Part shown: positions 39,187-49,156 of the stretch, piece after piece
Numbering within the stretch: position 1 is the stretch's first letter
Layout of the letters: each line of letters begins with the position of its first letter
Virus record (IMG/VR): IMGVR_UViG_3300032305_002766
Span: 1-64,000 of that record
DNA from: a virus
Taxonomy: Duplodnaviria > Caudoviricetes
Direction: 5' to 3' (one strand)
DNA length: 64,000 nt
Notes under the pieces: generated by a model
Database searches by the model: none
Told to the model about the DNA's origin: nothing
What the model saw: the letters and a program-made list of their open reading frames with translations, nothing else
Translations under genes and position numbers: made by a program

Positions 39187-41099
39187 TTAGCTAATTTTTT
39201 CAGCAATTGATCCTGTTTTCTTTTTAGCTTGAGAAAATTTTTCAATACTAGCAATATCCATTATTCTACCATCTTCATGTTTAAAAAACTTTTCTTTAGT
39301 TTTTTTATCTATTTGGATGGGATAATCTTTTCCTTTATAAGTATAAGTATCTGTAGTTACTTCGTAATTAGTACTTATAGGATTTAGTGAAGATGTTGAG
39401 GTAGAAGTTTTAGTAGAAGTAAACCTACCTTTTTCATCTCTTGCAGGAGTTGATTTAGGTGTAGATGTAGGTTGAGATGTTGGTTGAGATGTTGGTTGAG
39501 ATGTTGGTTCTTCTTGGGCAAAAACTTTACCTGCTGCGATTGCTGTGTTGGCTTGGCTAGTTTGATTTAATAATCTTTTATAAGCATCAATAGTTTGTTG
39601 AATTTCTTTAGGAGCTTTATTTAATGATGTTTGAGGAAATAATTTATTTATATCGTTTACTACATCAGCAAGTTCTTTTTCTAAGGTTTTAGCTTTTTGT
39701 CCTAATTTAGCCATTCCTGCTTCTAATTTAGGATTTTTTAAATCTTTACCCATAAAAGATCTACCTATATTCCCTAATCCTGTTCCTACAAAAGCACCAG
39801 CACCTTTAGTTTGAGCTTTTAATCTATCTAAAAAACCCTCAGATACTTTATCAACTAATTCTTCTTCTTTTATATGTTTTTTTAATTTTTTAACATATTT
39901 TTCTCTACCTTTTTCTAAACTTTTAGTTAGTTTAGCAGGTTTGTCAGAAGGTTTAGATTGTGGGCGACCATATTTTTGTAAATTGGTAGCTAAAGCGTAC
40001 TTTAATCCTTCTTTATCTTCGGCTTTTTTTTTTCTTCCATCATTGATGGTTTACCTGTTATATCATCGATAAAAGCATCTACTTTAGGTTCTGCTAATTC
40101 AAATTCTAAATAATGTTTAGCACTTGATATCATAGTTTTAGCAGTAGTAATTTTTGATTGCCACCAAGCTGGGAGATCAATTTCACCACCTCTTTCTTCT
40201 AATTCATCCATAATACTATAAAGCATCATAGAATATTTTCCTATTTTATATAGTTCTGATTTGATATGGTGTGGTTCATTATCTTCATGACCTAAGTCGA
40301 TATCCTCTGTGTACATATCTTTTGGGAATTCAATACCTACAGAATAATTTTGAGGCATAAGATCATCAAATTTACCTTCTAATCCTAAAGCTTTTAAAGC
40401 ATCTTTAATATCTTTGTAAGTATAAGGTTCTTTTAAATTAATTTTAACACCTTGTTTTTGAAGTGATCTTACTAAATCTTCGGGAGCTTGAAATTCTCTA
40501 ATTTCACCTTTTGCTTTTTTAATGATGGATTTTTGCAAAGCATCAGGTAATTTTTTCTGTTTACCTTTTAATGCTGGGTTATTGTCGTATTCTTTAGAAA
40601 ATGAAATGGCTTCTTTCATTTTAAGTTTATCGTCAGGAGCATATTGATTGTAAAGTGTTTTAGCATCTTCACCGTATCCTAAATCAACCAATTGTTTTAC
40701 TACACTACCAATTTTTTTATCATATAATGAACCTGCAAGGAATGATCTATTATCATCGGACATATAGTAATACCAATCGAATCCTTTTAAAAGAGATTCT
40801 AATCTATTCATCAAGGCAGATGCTTGAGATAAGTCTTGCTCATCTTCATATCTATCGGCACCAACTTCAACATCCATTTCTTGCATTAGAGATTTTCTAA
40901 CTAATTCTTTGATACGAGTTTTATGAGTATTTTCTTCCATTTCTACTGCTTTTTTAGCTGCGTTTATTGCTTTTCCAATAACAACCCTTTCAGCCTCTTT
41001 CCCATAAGTCTTAACAAGCTTACGCTTGTTTTTCTTAATCATGTTCCTTTTAATTTGAGCACTTTTATTAAGTACTTTAGGGGAAAGTTCGTTTTCCAT
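39187..41099 (-). CDS. Modular cargo protein split by a -1 frame change at an A10 run (0 frame 41099-40002; -1 frame open 40023-39187; fused ~637 aa)
   Basis: Hand translation: the -1 frame after the A run reads AEDKEGLKYAL...VSEGFLDRLKAQ...MGKDL without a stop and joins track ORF 39187-39753. Confidence 0.7.
39470..39505. repeat. 12-nt tandem repeat x3 (PTSQ linker)
   Basis: ggttgagatgtt x3. Confidence 0.9.
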
Positions 41100-41269
41100 T
41101 ATTTTTTATCTTCGGTGATTGATGCTTTTTTATATTCAGCAACCAATTTTTTAATTTCACCTAATACTTTACGAGCACGTCCGTGAGCTGCTTTTGAAGT
41201 TCCAGCATGTTCTGCTTTAAATGATTCGTAAAGTGCTTCAATTTTTTCAAAAATTTCTGTTGTATTCAT
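41099..41269 (-). CDS. Histone H1-like (Hc1-family) small basic protein, 56 aa
   Basis: Not in track; MNTTEIFEKIEALYESFKAEHAGTSKAAHGRARKVLGEIKKLVAEYKKASITEDKK; KAA..RARK motif; TAATG coupling to the next gene. Confidence 0.7.
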   Translation of the reverse strand: MNTTEIFEKIEALYESFKAEHAGTSKAAHGRARKVLGEIKKLVAEYKKASITEDKK

Positions 41270-41288
41270 AATTTTTATTATTTATAGA

Positions 41289-42755
41289 TTATTTATTTAA
41301 TTTAGTCCACATTGGGAACGTAACTTCTTTAATTTTCATAGAAGATTCTTTTTCATCACCTTCAGCTAATCCTGGTTTTTCAACTACGTGGGTACGAGTA
41401 AAGAATGTAATTGTATTACCAATTTGATCCATTAATTTTTTATCACCTAATTGTTCAGCAGCTGCTTGAGCTTGTGTCAAAGCATCTTGTACTGATTTTA
41501 CATTTGGATCAACTTCGGCGGTAGTCATTGTATCTGTTACTTCAACATCTTCTGTACCTTCAGGAGTTTCAATTTCTGCATCTGCTGTTTCAGTATCAGT
41601 TGCTTCAGCGTCTACTTCCTCATCTGCTTCATTTAAATTTCCTAATTTTTTAACAGCTTTTACTAAAAGATCATATGCTTGTTTAACTTCTTTAGAATCG
41701 TATAATTCTGCATGATATTCATCATATAAAAGAAGATCAAGTGCTTTAAGAAATGAAGCAATACGAGCTGGTTTTGCAGTTTCAAATTCATCTGCTTCGT
41801 TCATAAAATCATATAAACTATTTTCTTTTGATGGATTCTCAACATCAAGTTCAACTTCTGCTAAAACCATTTCTTTGATTTTAGCTTTTAATTCTGATAC
41901 TTTCATTTTCTTTTTTTCTATTTCTTCGCCTTTTTTAACACCAGCTCCGTATACATCTTCTTCGCCTTTGTTTTTAGCTACTTTGTTCTTTTTTCCTTTT
42001 GCTACTCGTTGAAATTCAGTGTCACCTTCTTCTAATGTTCTCATATTAGCATATACTTCTTGGGGTGTAACGGAGGCATTTATAATATTTCCCTCTGAAT
42101 CGATGAAGTAACTTCCTCCCTCAGTTGAAAGGATTTCATCTCCTTTTATTATATCTAAATCAAAGGATGATGGTTCAACTGAACCTGGGGTTACGGTAAA
42201 TTTTATATTTTCTTTGTCCGACATGTAGTCAGCAAATCTTTTAGCTACGTTAGCTGTTTCTTGTGTATTTAATGTAGGTTTTTCCATTTTTTCTTGTAGA
42301 TATTCATCATCTCTATCTCCCGTGATATAATCATCATCATCTTCTTCACCAGCATACCATGATTGATTAGGATCATTTGGTGCTTCTTCAGTAAAATCAT
42401 GCATTTTCCAGTTAAAGTTAGGATTAGTAACTAATGCCGGATATAAAATTCCTTTTTTTCCTGAAAATGCTAAACTGATTCCTTCTGATCTATCTGGGTT
42501 AGCCATGCCATTCATTTGGGCTAATAATTCGTAATAATCTTTACCACCAAAATCACCATACCCTTCATAATTTTTTTCTAACCATTTATTACCTTTGTTG
42601 TCAAACATATAAACAGCACGAAGTGTGTTTTCAGGTTCAGAACCAATTTGTTGGTCTGTATCCTGGGTAAACCATGAAAATTGACCTTCGGTCAATGAGG
42701 AATGAAATGTTGCTTTATTTTCTAATATAGCTTTTCTAAGATCGAATTTTTTCAT
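41289..42755 (-). CDS. Modular acidic putative internal head protein
   Basis: 488 aa; junctions LTE, LQE, LEE, MNE, LNE; internal MKVSELKAKIKEMVLAE. Confidence 0.5.
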   Translation of the reverse strand: MKKFDLRKAILENKATFHSSLTEGQFSWFTQDTDQQIGSEPENTLRAVYMFDNKGNKWLEKNYEGYGDFGGKDYYELLAQMNGMANPDRSEGISLAFSGKKGILYPALVTNPNFNWKMHDFTEEAPNDPNQSWYAGEEDDDDYITGDRDDEYLQEKMEKPTLNTQETANVAKRFADYMSDKENIKFTVTPGSVEPSSFDLDIIKGDEILSTEGGSYFIDSEGNIINASVTPQEVYANMRTLEEGDTEFQRVAKGKKNKVAKNKGEEDVYGAGVKKGEEIEKKKMKVSELKAKIKEMVLAEVELDVENPSKENSLYDFMNEADEFETAKPARIASFLKALDLLLYDEYHAELYDSKEVKQAYDLLVKAVKKLGNLNEADEEVDAEATDTETADAEIETPEGTEDVEVTDTMTTAEVDPNVKSVQDALTQAQAAAEQLGDKKLMDQIGNTITFFTRTHVVEKPGLAEGDEKESSMKIKEVTFPMWTKLNK

Positions 42756-42779
42756 TTTTGGGTATATGTTATAAATATG

Positions 42780-44003
42780 TTATTTTTTAAAATTACTTTT
42801 AAGTTTTCGTAATATAGTTTCAGCTAATGTATTTTCGTACCCTGAGTCATAATCATAATCATCATCTTCACCAATATTCCAATCATCAATTTCAATATCT
42901 TGAGAATTTAAATCATAAAAGAAATCATAGATATCTGATGGAGTGTTTGAAGCATATAAAGTATCATCGTATTTTTTAATATCAAAATTATCTCTATATT
43001 CGTCATATGTACCTATTGCTTTACGAGCATCTCTGTTTGATACTTTAACGAAATATTTTTCATCAATTTCACCACCCATACCTTCTTTTATATTGGGGTT
43101 ATCGCCTAACGCAAATTTTTCGTAATTTTGTAAATCGTTATAATATTTAATTTGATGTTTTTTACCATCTGTATCAATACCATAAACTATTGCATCAAAT
43201 TTACCCATTCCATCATCACGTTTACCTGAGAGGAATTGTCTTAGTGATGATTTAGCACGTGCCTTATTAATGAAGGATAATTGTTCTTCTTTAATTTCTT
43301 CAGTAGCACCTACAATTTCTTCGTAATCATCCATTTGTAAGATACCTCTTTCTTTACCTAATTTATTTGCTTTTTCAGTAACGTCATGTAAATCTAAATC
43401 TTGTTCAGCATCTTCTCTAGCATATTCCAACATACGAAGGAATAAAGGAATATCCATTGTAATTGTATCAACGGCATCTTCTTCTTTAGCTTCTAATAAG
43501 TTCTTTTTAAGATAAGAAGCGTCAATGTCAATTTCTAAACTAACATTTCCTTCTTTGGCTTTTTCGTTATGAGGTTTGATAACAAGTTTACCAACATTGT
43601 CTTTTACCTTCATTACTTTCCAATCTTCACCATCCTTAAATTTAAGGATATCACCAACTTTATAATCAGAAATAGATTTAGATTCATATGCTGTTGTCAT
43701 AGCTTCATTTATACCTTGGAAATTAGTTGTTCTAAGAGCTTGCATGATAGCATATACAGCATCTTGTTCTGAGTAATCATAGTGATTGGCAAGGGCTTTA
43801 ATAAATCTATTTACTTTATTAATTACTTCTGGGTTTATACCTTCATTTAGGTTTGAAATTTCATCTCTAACCCATTCTTTTTCATTTGGACCTAATTGAT
43901 CATAATCCATACCAAACTCTTCGTTTGCTATTTCATCATATATATCTCTTTCTTCTTTTAAAGGTTTAGAAAAGAATTCTTTAATTTTTTGTAAATCTTT
44001 CAT
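42780..44003 (-). CDS. Modular acidic putative internal head protein
   Basis: 407 aa; junctions LKE, LNE, INE, LLE, IKE; SH3-like and TMDIPLFLRMLEYARED modules. Confidence 0.5.
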   Translation of the reverse strand: MKDLQKIKEFFSKPLKEERDIYDEIANEEFGMDYDQLGPNEKEWVRDEISNLNEGINPEVINKVNRFIKALANHYDYSEQDAVYAIMQALRTTNFQGINEAMTTAYESKSISDYKVGDILKFKDGEDWKVMKVKDNVGKLVIKPHNEKAKEGNVSLEIDIDASYLKKNLLEAKEEDAVDTITMDIPLFLRMLEYAREDAEQDLDLHDVTEKANKLGKERGILQMDDYEEIVGATEEIKEEQLSFINKARAKSSLRQFLSGKRDDGMGKFDAIVYGIDTDGKKHQIKYYNDLQNYEKFALGDNPNIKEGMGGEIDEKYFVKVSNRDARKAIGTYDEYRDNFDIKKYDDTLYASNTPSDIYDFFYDLNSQDIEIDDWNIGEDDDYDYDSGYENTLAETILRKLKSNFKK

Positions 44004-44626
44004 TTGGTTGATTTTAAATAATCAGTTAGTAGTGAACCAATAGCCCCTACTTTCTGTCTTATAAATATCCATTCTTCTCTGGATAATTTATGTTCTTTAT
44101 CATTAAATGCTATTCCCATTACTCCTATAAAATGTTTATCTAAATCATCTATAGCAATCATGTAAAATGATTTAGTACCATAATCACGAGCAAAAATACT
44201 CAAATCATATGTTTCATCAGTGTTATAATTAACAACAGCTAATTCACCATCTTTATAAAGTTTAGATAATGCTTTAGGGAATAAAGATACAGGGATTTGT
44301 TGAAAAATATGTTGGATAGTTCCAGTATTAGGAGTGATTTTTTCGTAAAAAAGAGAAAATTTCTGAATGGATTTCCCTGTAGGGAAAAAATGACCACCAT
44401 TGTGGAATTGACCTATCCAAATACGATCACATTCTATTTCTTCCATAATCTGATCTAGTTGTTTATCAACTAGTTCATTTAAGTCAATGGCTTCTTTTAC
44501 TGGGGATAGTTTTTCAGTTTTAGATTGTTTTTCTAATTTATTTTTAAACCAAGTTATGATTAAAGGCCCTACTACAGTGGTAATAAGAGCAACAGCAATC
44601 GTTGTAATTGTTGCTAAAATTGTCAT
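44000..44626 (-). CDS. Single N-terminal TM + GAF-like domain protein (holin candidate)
   Basis: TM at aa ~3-26; CDRIWIGQFHNG...IGVMGIAF resembles a GAF fold. Confidence 0.4.
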   Translation of the reverse strand: MTILATITTIAVALITTVVGPLIITWFKNKLEKQSKTEKLSPVKEAIDLNELVDKQLDQIMEEIECDRIWIGQFHNGGHFFPTGKSIQKFSLFYEKITPNTGTIQHIFQQIPVSLFPKALSKLYKDGELAVVNYNTDETYDLSIFARDYGTKSFYMIAIDDLDKHFIGVMGIAFNDKEHKLSREEWIFIRQKVGAIGSLLTDYLKSTK

Positions 44627-45195
44627 TCTTTTCTTTGTTTATGAAGATGTTCTAATGCTTCTTGTTTATATTTCAATAATTGATTTTTTCCAGAACCGCT
44701 CCAATTTTCTATATCACCCGCCTCCGTAACAAAGGTTTCGTTACTGTTGATTAATTCATCTACCCAAATTTCGAAATCTTTAGTAACACCATCTAAATGA
44801 TCATTAATAACTTGTTTTTCTACTTGTTCTAATTTTCCTTGTTTTCTTAATTCGTGTTCACTATCTACCTGGCAATTAAAACAGTGGCTATACATTACAT
44901 ACCATTGTTTATCTAAATGAGGTTTTAATGATTTAGAACAAGAAGGGCAAAATAAAGGTAATACTATACCTTCTTTTGCCTTATCTAATTTTGTAATATT
45001 TTGTTTTATACCATTTTTAATAGTCCATGATCGTCCGTCTTCTTCCCATACATCTCCTTCATCATGGAATTCTTTTGCTTTTGTATAACCAGTTCCCATA
45101 GTAGTTTTTTCTCCATACTTACCTTGGACAAGATTACGGAGACGATTAACGTCACTATGTTTAAACTCTTTTTTTAAAACTGAATCGTTTTTCAT
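44623..45195 (-). CDS. Hypothetical protein with CxxC...CxxC zinc site
   Basis: CPSC...CFNC. Confidence 0.55.
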   Translation of the reverse strand: MKNDSVLKKEFKHSDVNRLRNLVQGKYGEKTTMGTGYTKAKEFHDEGDVWEEDGRSWTIKNGIKQNITKLDKAKEGIVLPLFCPSCSKSLKPHLDKQWYVMYSHCFNCQVDSEHELRKQGKLEQVEKQVINDHLDGVTKDFEIWVDELINSNETFVTEAGDIENWSGSGKNQLLKYKQEALEHLHKQRKE

Positions 45196-45464
45196 TTGTT
45201 TGCTGCTGTTATTGGTTTCTGTAATTTAATTATTGCTTTCATTTTATATTTCCCAGCAATGTTTTTAATTTTTTTAGAAACCGTATCTGCCCCGGATCCA
45301 TTTAAATCTACAACTAAAGTATCTTCTTTAATAGGTGATTTAATCACTCTATGTTCTAATTCACTATAATTTGTTGTAAAAAAACTACTTAGAAAATAAG
45401 TACTAAGATCAACATTGGTTTTCTCTACTTCATTTCCGCTAATAACTACTCTTCTAAAGGCCAT
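45192..45464 (-). CDS. Hypothetical protein, 90 aa
   Basis: Fills the gap with a 4-nt overlap. Confidence 0.5.
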   Translation of the reverse strand: MAFRRVVISGNEVEKTNVDLSTYFLSSFFTTNYSELEHRVIKSPIKEDTLVVDLNGSGADTVSKKIKNIAGKYKMKAIIKLQKPITAANK

Positions 45465-45491
45465 ATTTTATTGTTTTGATTAGGTGTAAAT

Positions 45492-48400
45492 TTAATGACC
45501 CTTTTTGGCTTTTCCAAGTTCTTCCAATGGTAATTTTGGAGAAGTGGTTTTAAAATCTCGTTTACGCATAACAGTTTTAGCAACTAAATCCATTTCATCA
45601 TTTTTAGCATCGTAATTTAATGCAAATGGTAAATTGATACTAGTACGTAAATCGTTTAATACGGCTTCAAAATTGTCAGGGAAATCAGATAATTTCTTTC
45701 CATATTTTTCGGCTGTTTTGATAAATAAATCTTCAAGTTCTTCAGCTGAGATAGGTTTTCCATTACGTGGATCATTTACTCTTTCAAGAAAATGGTAAGT
45801 AAATTCTACATCAATGCCGTAATCCTCAAACCACTCATCTGCTATTTTTTCGATTTGATTTAAATCGCTTCTAGTTATTTCTTCTTTTAATTCTTGAACT
45901 AATTCACGAGCATATTCTTTTAAACCAAATGGGTCTGATTTTGGGGTATTATTGTGCCAGCATTTATGGCAAGTAAATAAATCGTTTCCTCCATCTTTTA
46001 TAGCCCATTTCCAACCACATTTATCACATATAATATCAGTTGCAGTCATTAATTCTTTTACAGGAGCAAACCCTGAACCATAAGGTAAGGCTGTACCTGC
46101 TTGTGGGTCAGATGCTTCTTTCATTTTATTTAAACGTTGTGTCTTCTTTTTAGACATTTCTTTACGTTTTTCAATATAATCTAAAGCACGTTTTAATCTT
46201 GATTTCACTTCAGGATCTTTTGCTTTACCATAAGCTGCTCTTACTCGTTGGTGAATTAAGTTAATTACTTGAGATTGACGAGCGTGTGCTTTAGATTTAA
46301 ATGATTTTTTATTTAAAGTATCAACGATATCTTCTTTGGTTTTAAATTTAACTCTAACTGTATCTGATGGATCTTCATCTGTGTATAATCTACGACCTGA
46401 TCCTTTAGGTTTTTTACCTGTTCCTTTTTTAGGATCATTTTCTGGGATTATTAGTTCGTTTAGGTTTTCTATGTCTGTAGGGTATGATTTGGTTTTAGAA
46501 TAAAATTCTATCATCCATGGTAATTGTTTCCATGAGTCTACTCCGTTAGGTGTTTCAGCATCAAAATATTTACCTTCATATTCAACCCAAACATGTCCTA
46601 ATGTATTATTTCTAGAATCTTCTGTACTCATTATTTTAGAGCCAGGTAAATATTTACTTAAATTTTTAGCAAAAATATCACAGAAACCATTATTACATTC
46701 TTTTCCTCCAAATTTATCCCAATTTTTATATGTTATTTTTAATGCATCTTTTTCTGTTTGGGATAATGCTTTTTGATGTATATTCAATTCTGCTACTATA
46801 GCATTACCTGGGAAGTAGGTTATTATATTCTCGCCTTGTTGTTTAATTTTAGCATCAGGAAATACTTTTAATATAAATGCTTTATATAAATTATCTCTTT
46901 GGTTACTAAAATCTTCTTCGCTTGATTTTTTAGAAGGGGAGTATAAAATTGCTTTAATATCTCCTCTATACTGTCTTAAATAATGTTTAATAATATTCGT
47001 TATTGTAGACATTACTCTATATAGTTCTCCTTTATTGACTACTATTTTTGAAGATGAACCCTCAGCACCTTTAGGTTTTGCTAAAAATTCAATATCCATA
47101 GCTTCCATAGACATATCCTCATCTTCAGGATCGTCAATTTCGATATGTGTTAAATCTACCTCATATTTGGTTTCGGAAGGTGTGGTAAATTCTATAGAAG
47201 TAACTCGACCACTACTATCAACTTCTGTCCACTTATAAGGTTCAAGATTAGCTTCACCTACTTCATTTATTGGGAAGAATTTATCTTTAAATTTAGAAGG
47301 ATATGTTGAAAATTTACCTTTACTTAAAAAATTAGTTAGTGTACCTAATAATGTAGTTCCTGAAATTCCTAAAATGGGAATAGCGCTCATTTTGAATATG
47401 TCTACAACATTACGATGTAACTTTTCTTTTTCTTCAGGAGTTAATTCTTGTTTTTTAATATATTTGGTAAATAATTCTTTAAATCCTTTAAAATCACCTG
47501 TTTGATCTTTATAAGCTGATTTGAAAGTGGAAATTAGGTTTTTAGTTTTATCTAAAATCCCTTCGTCTAATTTAGTTTTACTATCTGACCATTTTCTAAA
47601 TTCAATATTACCATTTAGATAGGCTTCTTTTTCTATAGTTTCTAAATAATCGTCTTCATTTGTATTAGTAGTATTAATATCACCATTACCTATTCTACCT
47701 TCAAGATTTTGTATATGATGGATCATTTCATGAGAAAATGAACGTACAATATCTTTTGGATGACGACCATAAGTGTAAAGTACAATTAATTTATCATTAG
47801 GATTATAATATGCTGTTTTACCAAAAAAGTCTTCAGCATTCTTACTATCATCATGTATAAATTTTACTTTAGGCAAAGGACGAATATTCATACCTTTATC
47901 TAACATGTATTTTGTTAGATCTTGTATTTTTTCTTTATAATCTGTGTTTATTAAATTTTCTTGTAAAGGTAAAGATAAAGCTTTAGCTCTTTGTTTCCAT
48001 AAATCTAAAATATTATTTCTATCTTTTTTATTTAATCTTACTTTATCAAAATAATCATTAATTACATCTTTAAAAGGTGTTTTTGATTTTTTAGCTTTCA
48101 AGTACATACCTTGAAGCATAGCATCTACCTCTTTTTCTAATTTAAAGTATTCTGATTTAGGTAAAACTTTTAAAGCAATTAAATTTCGTAAAATTTCATC
48201 ATCTTCCATTTCTTTAGACGAAATTACATTAGACCCGGCTTGAGTTAAATGTTCAATTTCATGTCTAACAACATCTATTAGATCATTATATATGGTTTCC
48301 CATTTTTGAGGTAAATCTCTAGGATCTACTTGGAATTTAATTTCTAAATATGCTGGGGTTCTTAATGGATCTGCTCCTCCATCTACTCTATAAACTTCTG

Positions 48401-49154
48401 TTTTTGTTTCTTTAACATTTAAAGTAGCATAAAGTTCAAAGTTAATAGATTGACCTTTAGAATTTTCGGATTCATAATCCTCATTATATTCTAAAAGTTC
48501 AGGAGTACCATCATATTGACTTTTCCAATCATTAATTATATCTTTAACAATCATTCTTGTTAATGAATCATAACGACCTTCATTGATGGTTTCTTTTCCT
48601 TCTAATAGATCCTTAAGTTTAATAATAACATTTTGAGGAGTATCTATTAAAATCCCAATCCCACCTGCTTGTTCAAAAGCTCTAATGTTTTCGGGTTTAT
48701 CATCAATTAATACGGAATTTGGTGTAGCCCATAATGCTTTTTCTTTACCATTTTTGGACCAATTCATTGGTAATGAACCTATATTTTTTGTAACCCATTC
48801 TGTTTTACCATCAATGGGAGCATCAAAAAATCTTCTACCAGTTAATTCTTTATTTGCTTTAGATAATTCAGGAACAGCAGAAAGTATTTCAACTTTATTG
48901 AAATTATTTTTAGCAAAATCAACCATTTCTTTAGCTCCTGGAATGATAGGGGCATTAAGCCAATAATCTAGATTTTCAACTGTATCTTGAGGTTTGATTT
49001 TTCTATCTTCACCAGTTTCAGGATCCTTAATAAACGTAGTTGCTAAATTTTGAGTGTAGTTTGATAAAGTATCATCTACATCAAAATAAATAATATAGTC
49101 TCGATTATCTTCTTCTAAAAGATCCTCCAATAAGAATTTGGTAAGCAAATCCAT
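45492..49154 (-). CDS. 1220-aa polyvalent protein: HAD 5'-nucleotidase, two zincin (HExxH) domains, Cys-His-Asp papain/transglutaminase-like domain, Zn ribbon, others
   Basis: YFDVDDT/LIDD, HEIEH, HEMIH, GFC...HVWV...YFDAE, CDKC...CHKC, HFLER motifs. Confidence 0.75.
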   Translation of the reverse strand: MDLLTKFLLEDLLEEDNRDYIIYFDVDDTLSNYTQNLATTFIKDPETGEDRKIKPQDTVENLDYWLNAPIIPGAKEMVDFAKNNFNKVEILSAVPELSKANKELTGRRFFDAPIDGKTEWVTKNIGSLPMNWSKNGKEKALWATPNSVLIDDKPENIRAFEQAGGIGILIDTPQNVIIKLKDLLEGKETINEGRYDSLTRMIVKDIINDWKSQYDGTPELLEYNEDYESENSKGQSINFELYATLNVKETKTEVYRVDGGADPLRTPAYLEIKFQVDPRDLPQKWETIYNDLIDVVRHEIEHLTQAGSNVISSKEMEDDEILRNLIALKVLPKSEYFKLEKEVDAMLQGMYLKAKKSKTPFKDVINDYFDKVRLNKKDRNNILDLWKQRAKALSLPLQENLINTDYKEKIQDLTKYMLDKGMNIRPLPKVKFIHDDSKNAEDFFGKTAYYNPNDKLIVLYTYGRHPKDIVRSFSHEMIHHIQNLEGRIGNGDINTTNTNEDDYLETIEKEAYLNGNIEFRKWSDSKTKLDEGILDKTKNLISTFKSAYKDQTGDFKGFKELFTKYIKKQELTPEEKEKLHRNVVDIFKMSAIPILGISGTTLLGTLTNFLSKGKFSTYPSKFKDKFFPINEVGEANLEPYKWTEVDSSGRVTSIEFTTPSETKYEVDLTHIEIDDPEDEDMSMEAMDIEFLAKPKGAEGSSSKIVVNKGELYRVMSTITNIIKHYLRQYRGDIKAILYSPSKKSSEEDFSNQRDNLYKAFILKVFPDAKIKQQGENIITYFPGNAIVAELNIHQKALSQTEKDALKITYKNWDKFGGKECNNGFCDIFAKNLSKYLPGSKIMSTEDSRNNTLGHVWVEYEGKYFDAETPNGVDSWKQLPWMIEFYSKTKSYPTDIENLNELIIPENDPKKGTGKKPKGSGRRLYTDEDPSDTVRVKFKTKEDIVDTLNKKSFKSKAHARQSQVINLIHQRVRAAYGKAKDPEVKSRLKRALDYIEKRKEMSKKKTQRLNKMKEASDPQAGTALPYGSGFAPVKELMTATDIICDKCGWKWAIKDGGNDLFTCHKCWHNNTPKSDPFGLKEYARELVQELKEEITRSDLNQIEKIADEWFEDYGIDVEFTYHFLERVNDPRNGKPISAEELEDLFIKTAEKYGKKLSDFPDNFEAVLNDLRTSINLPFALNYDAKNDEMDLVAKTVMRKRDFKTTSPKLPLEELGKAKKGH

Positions 49155-49156
49155 TA

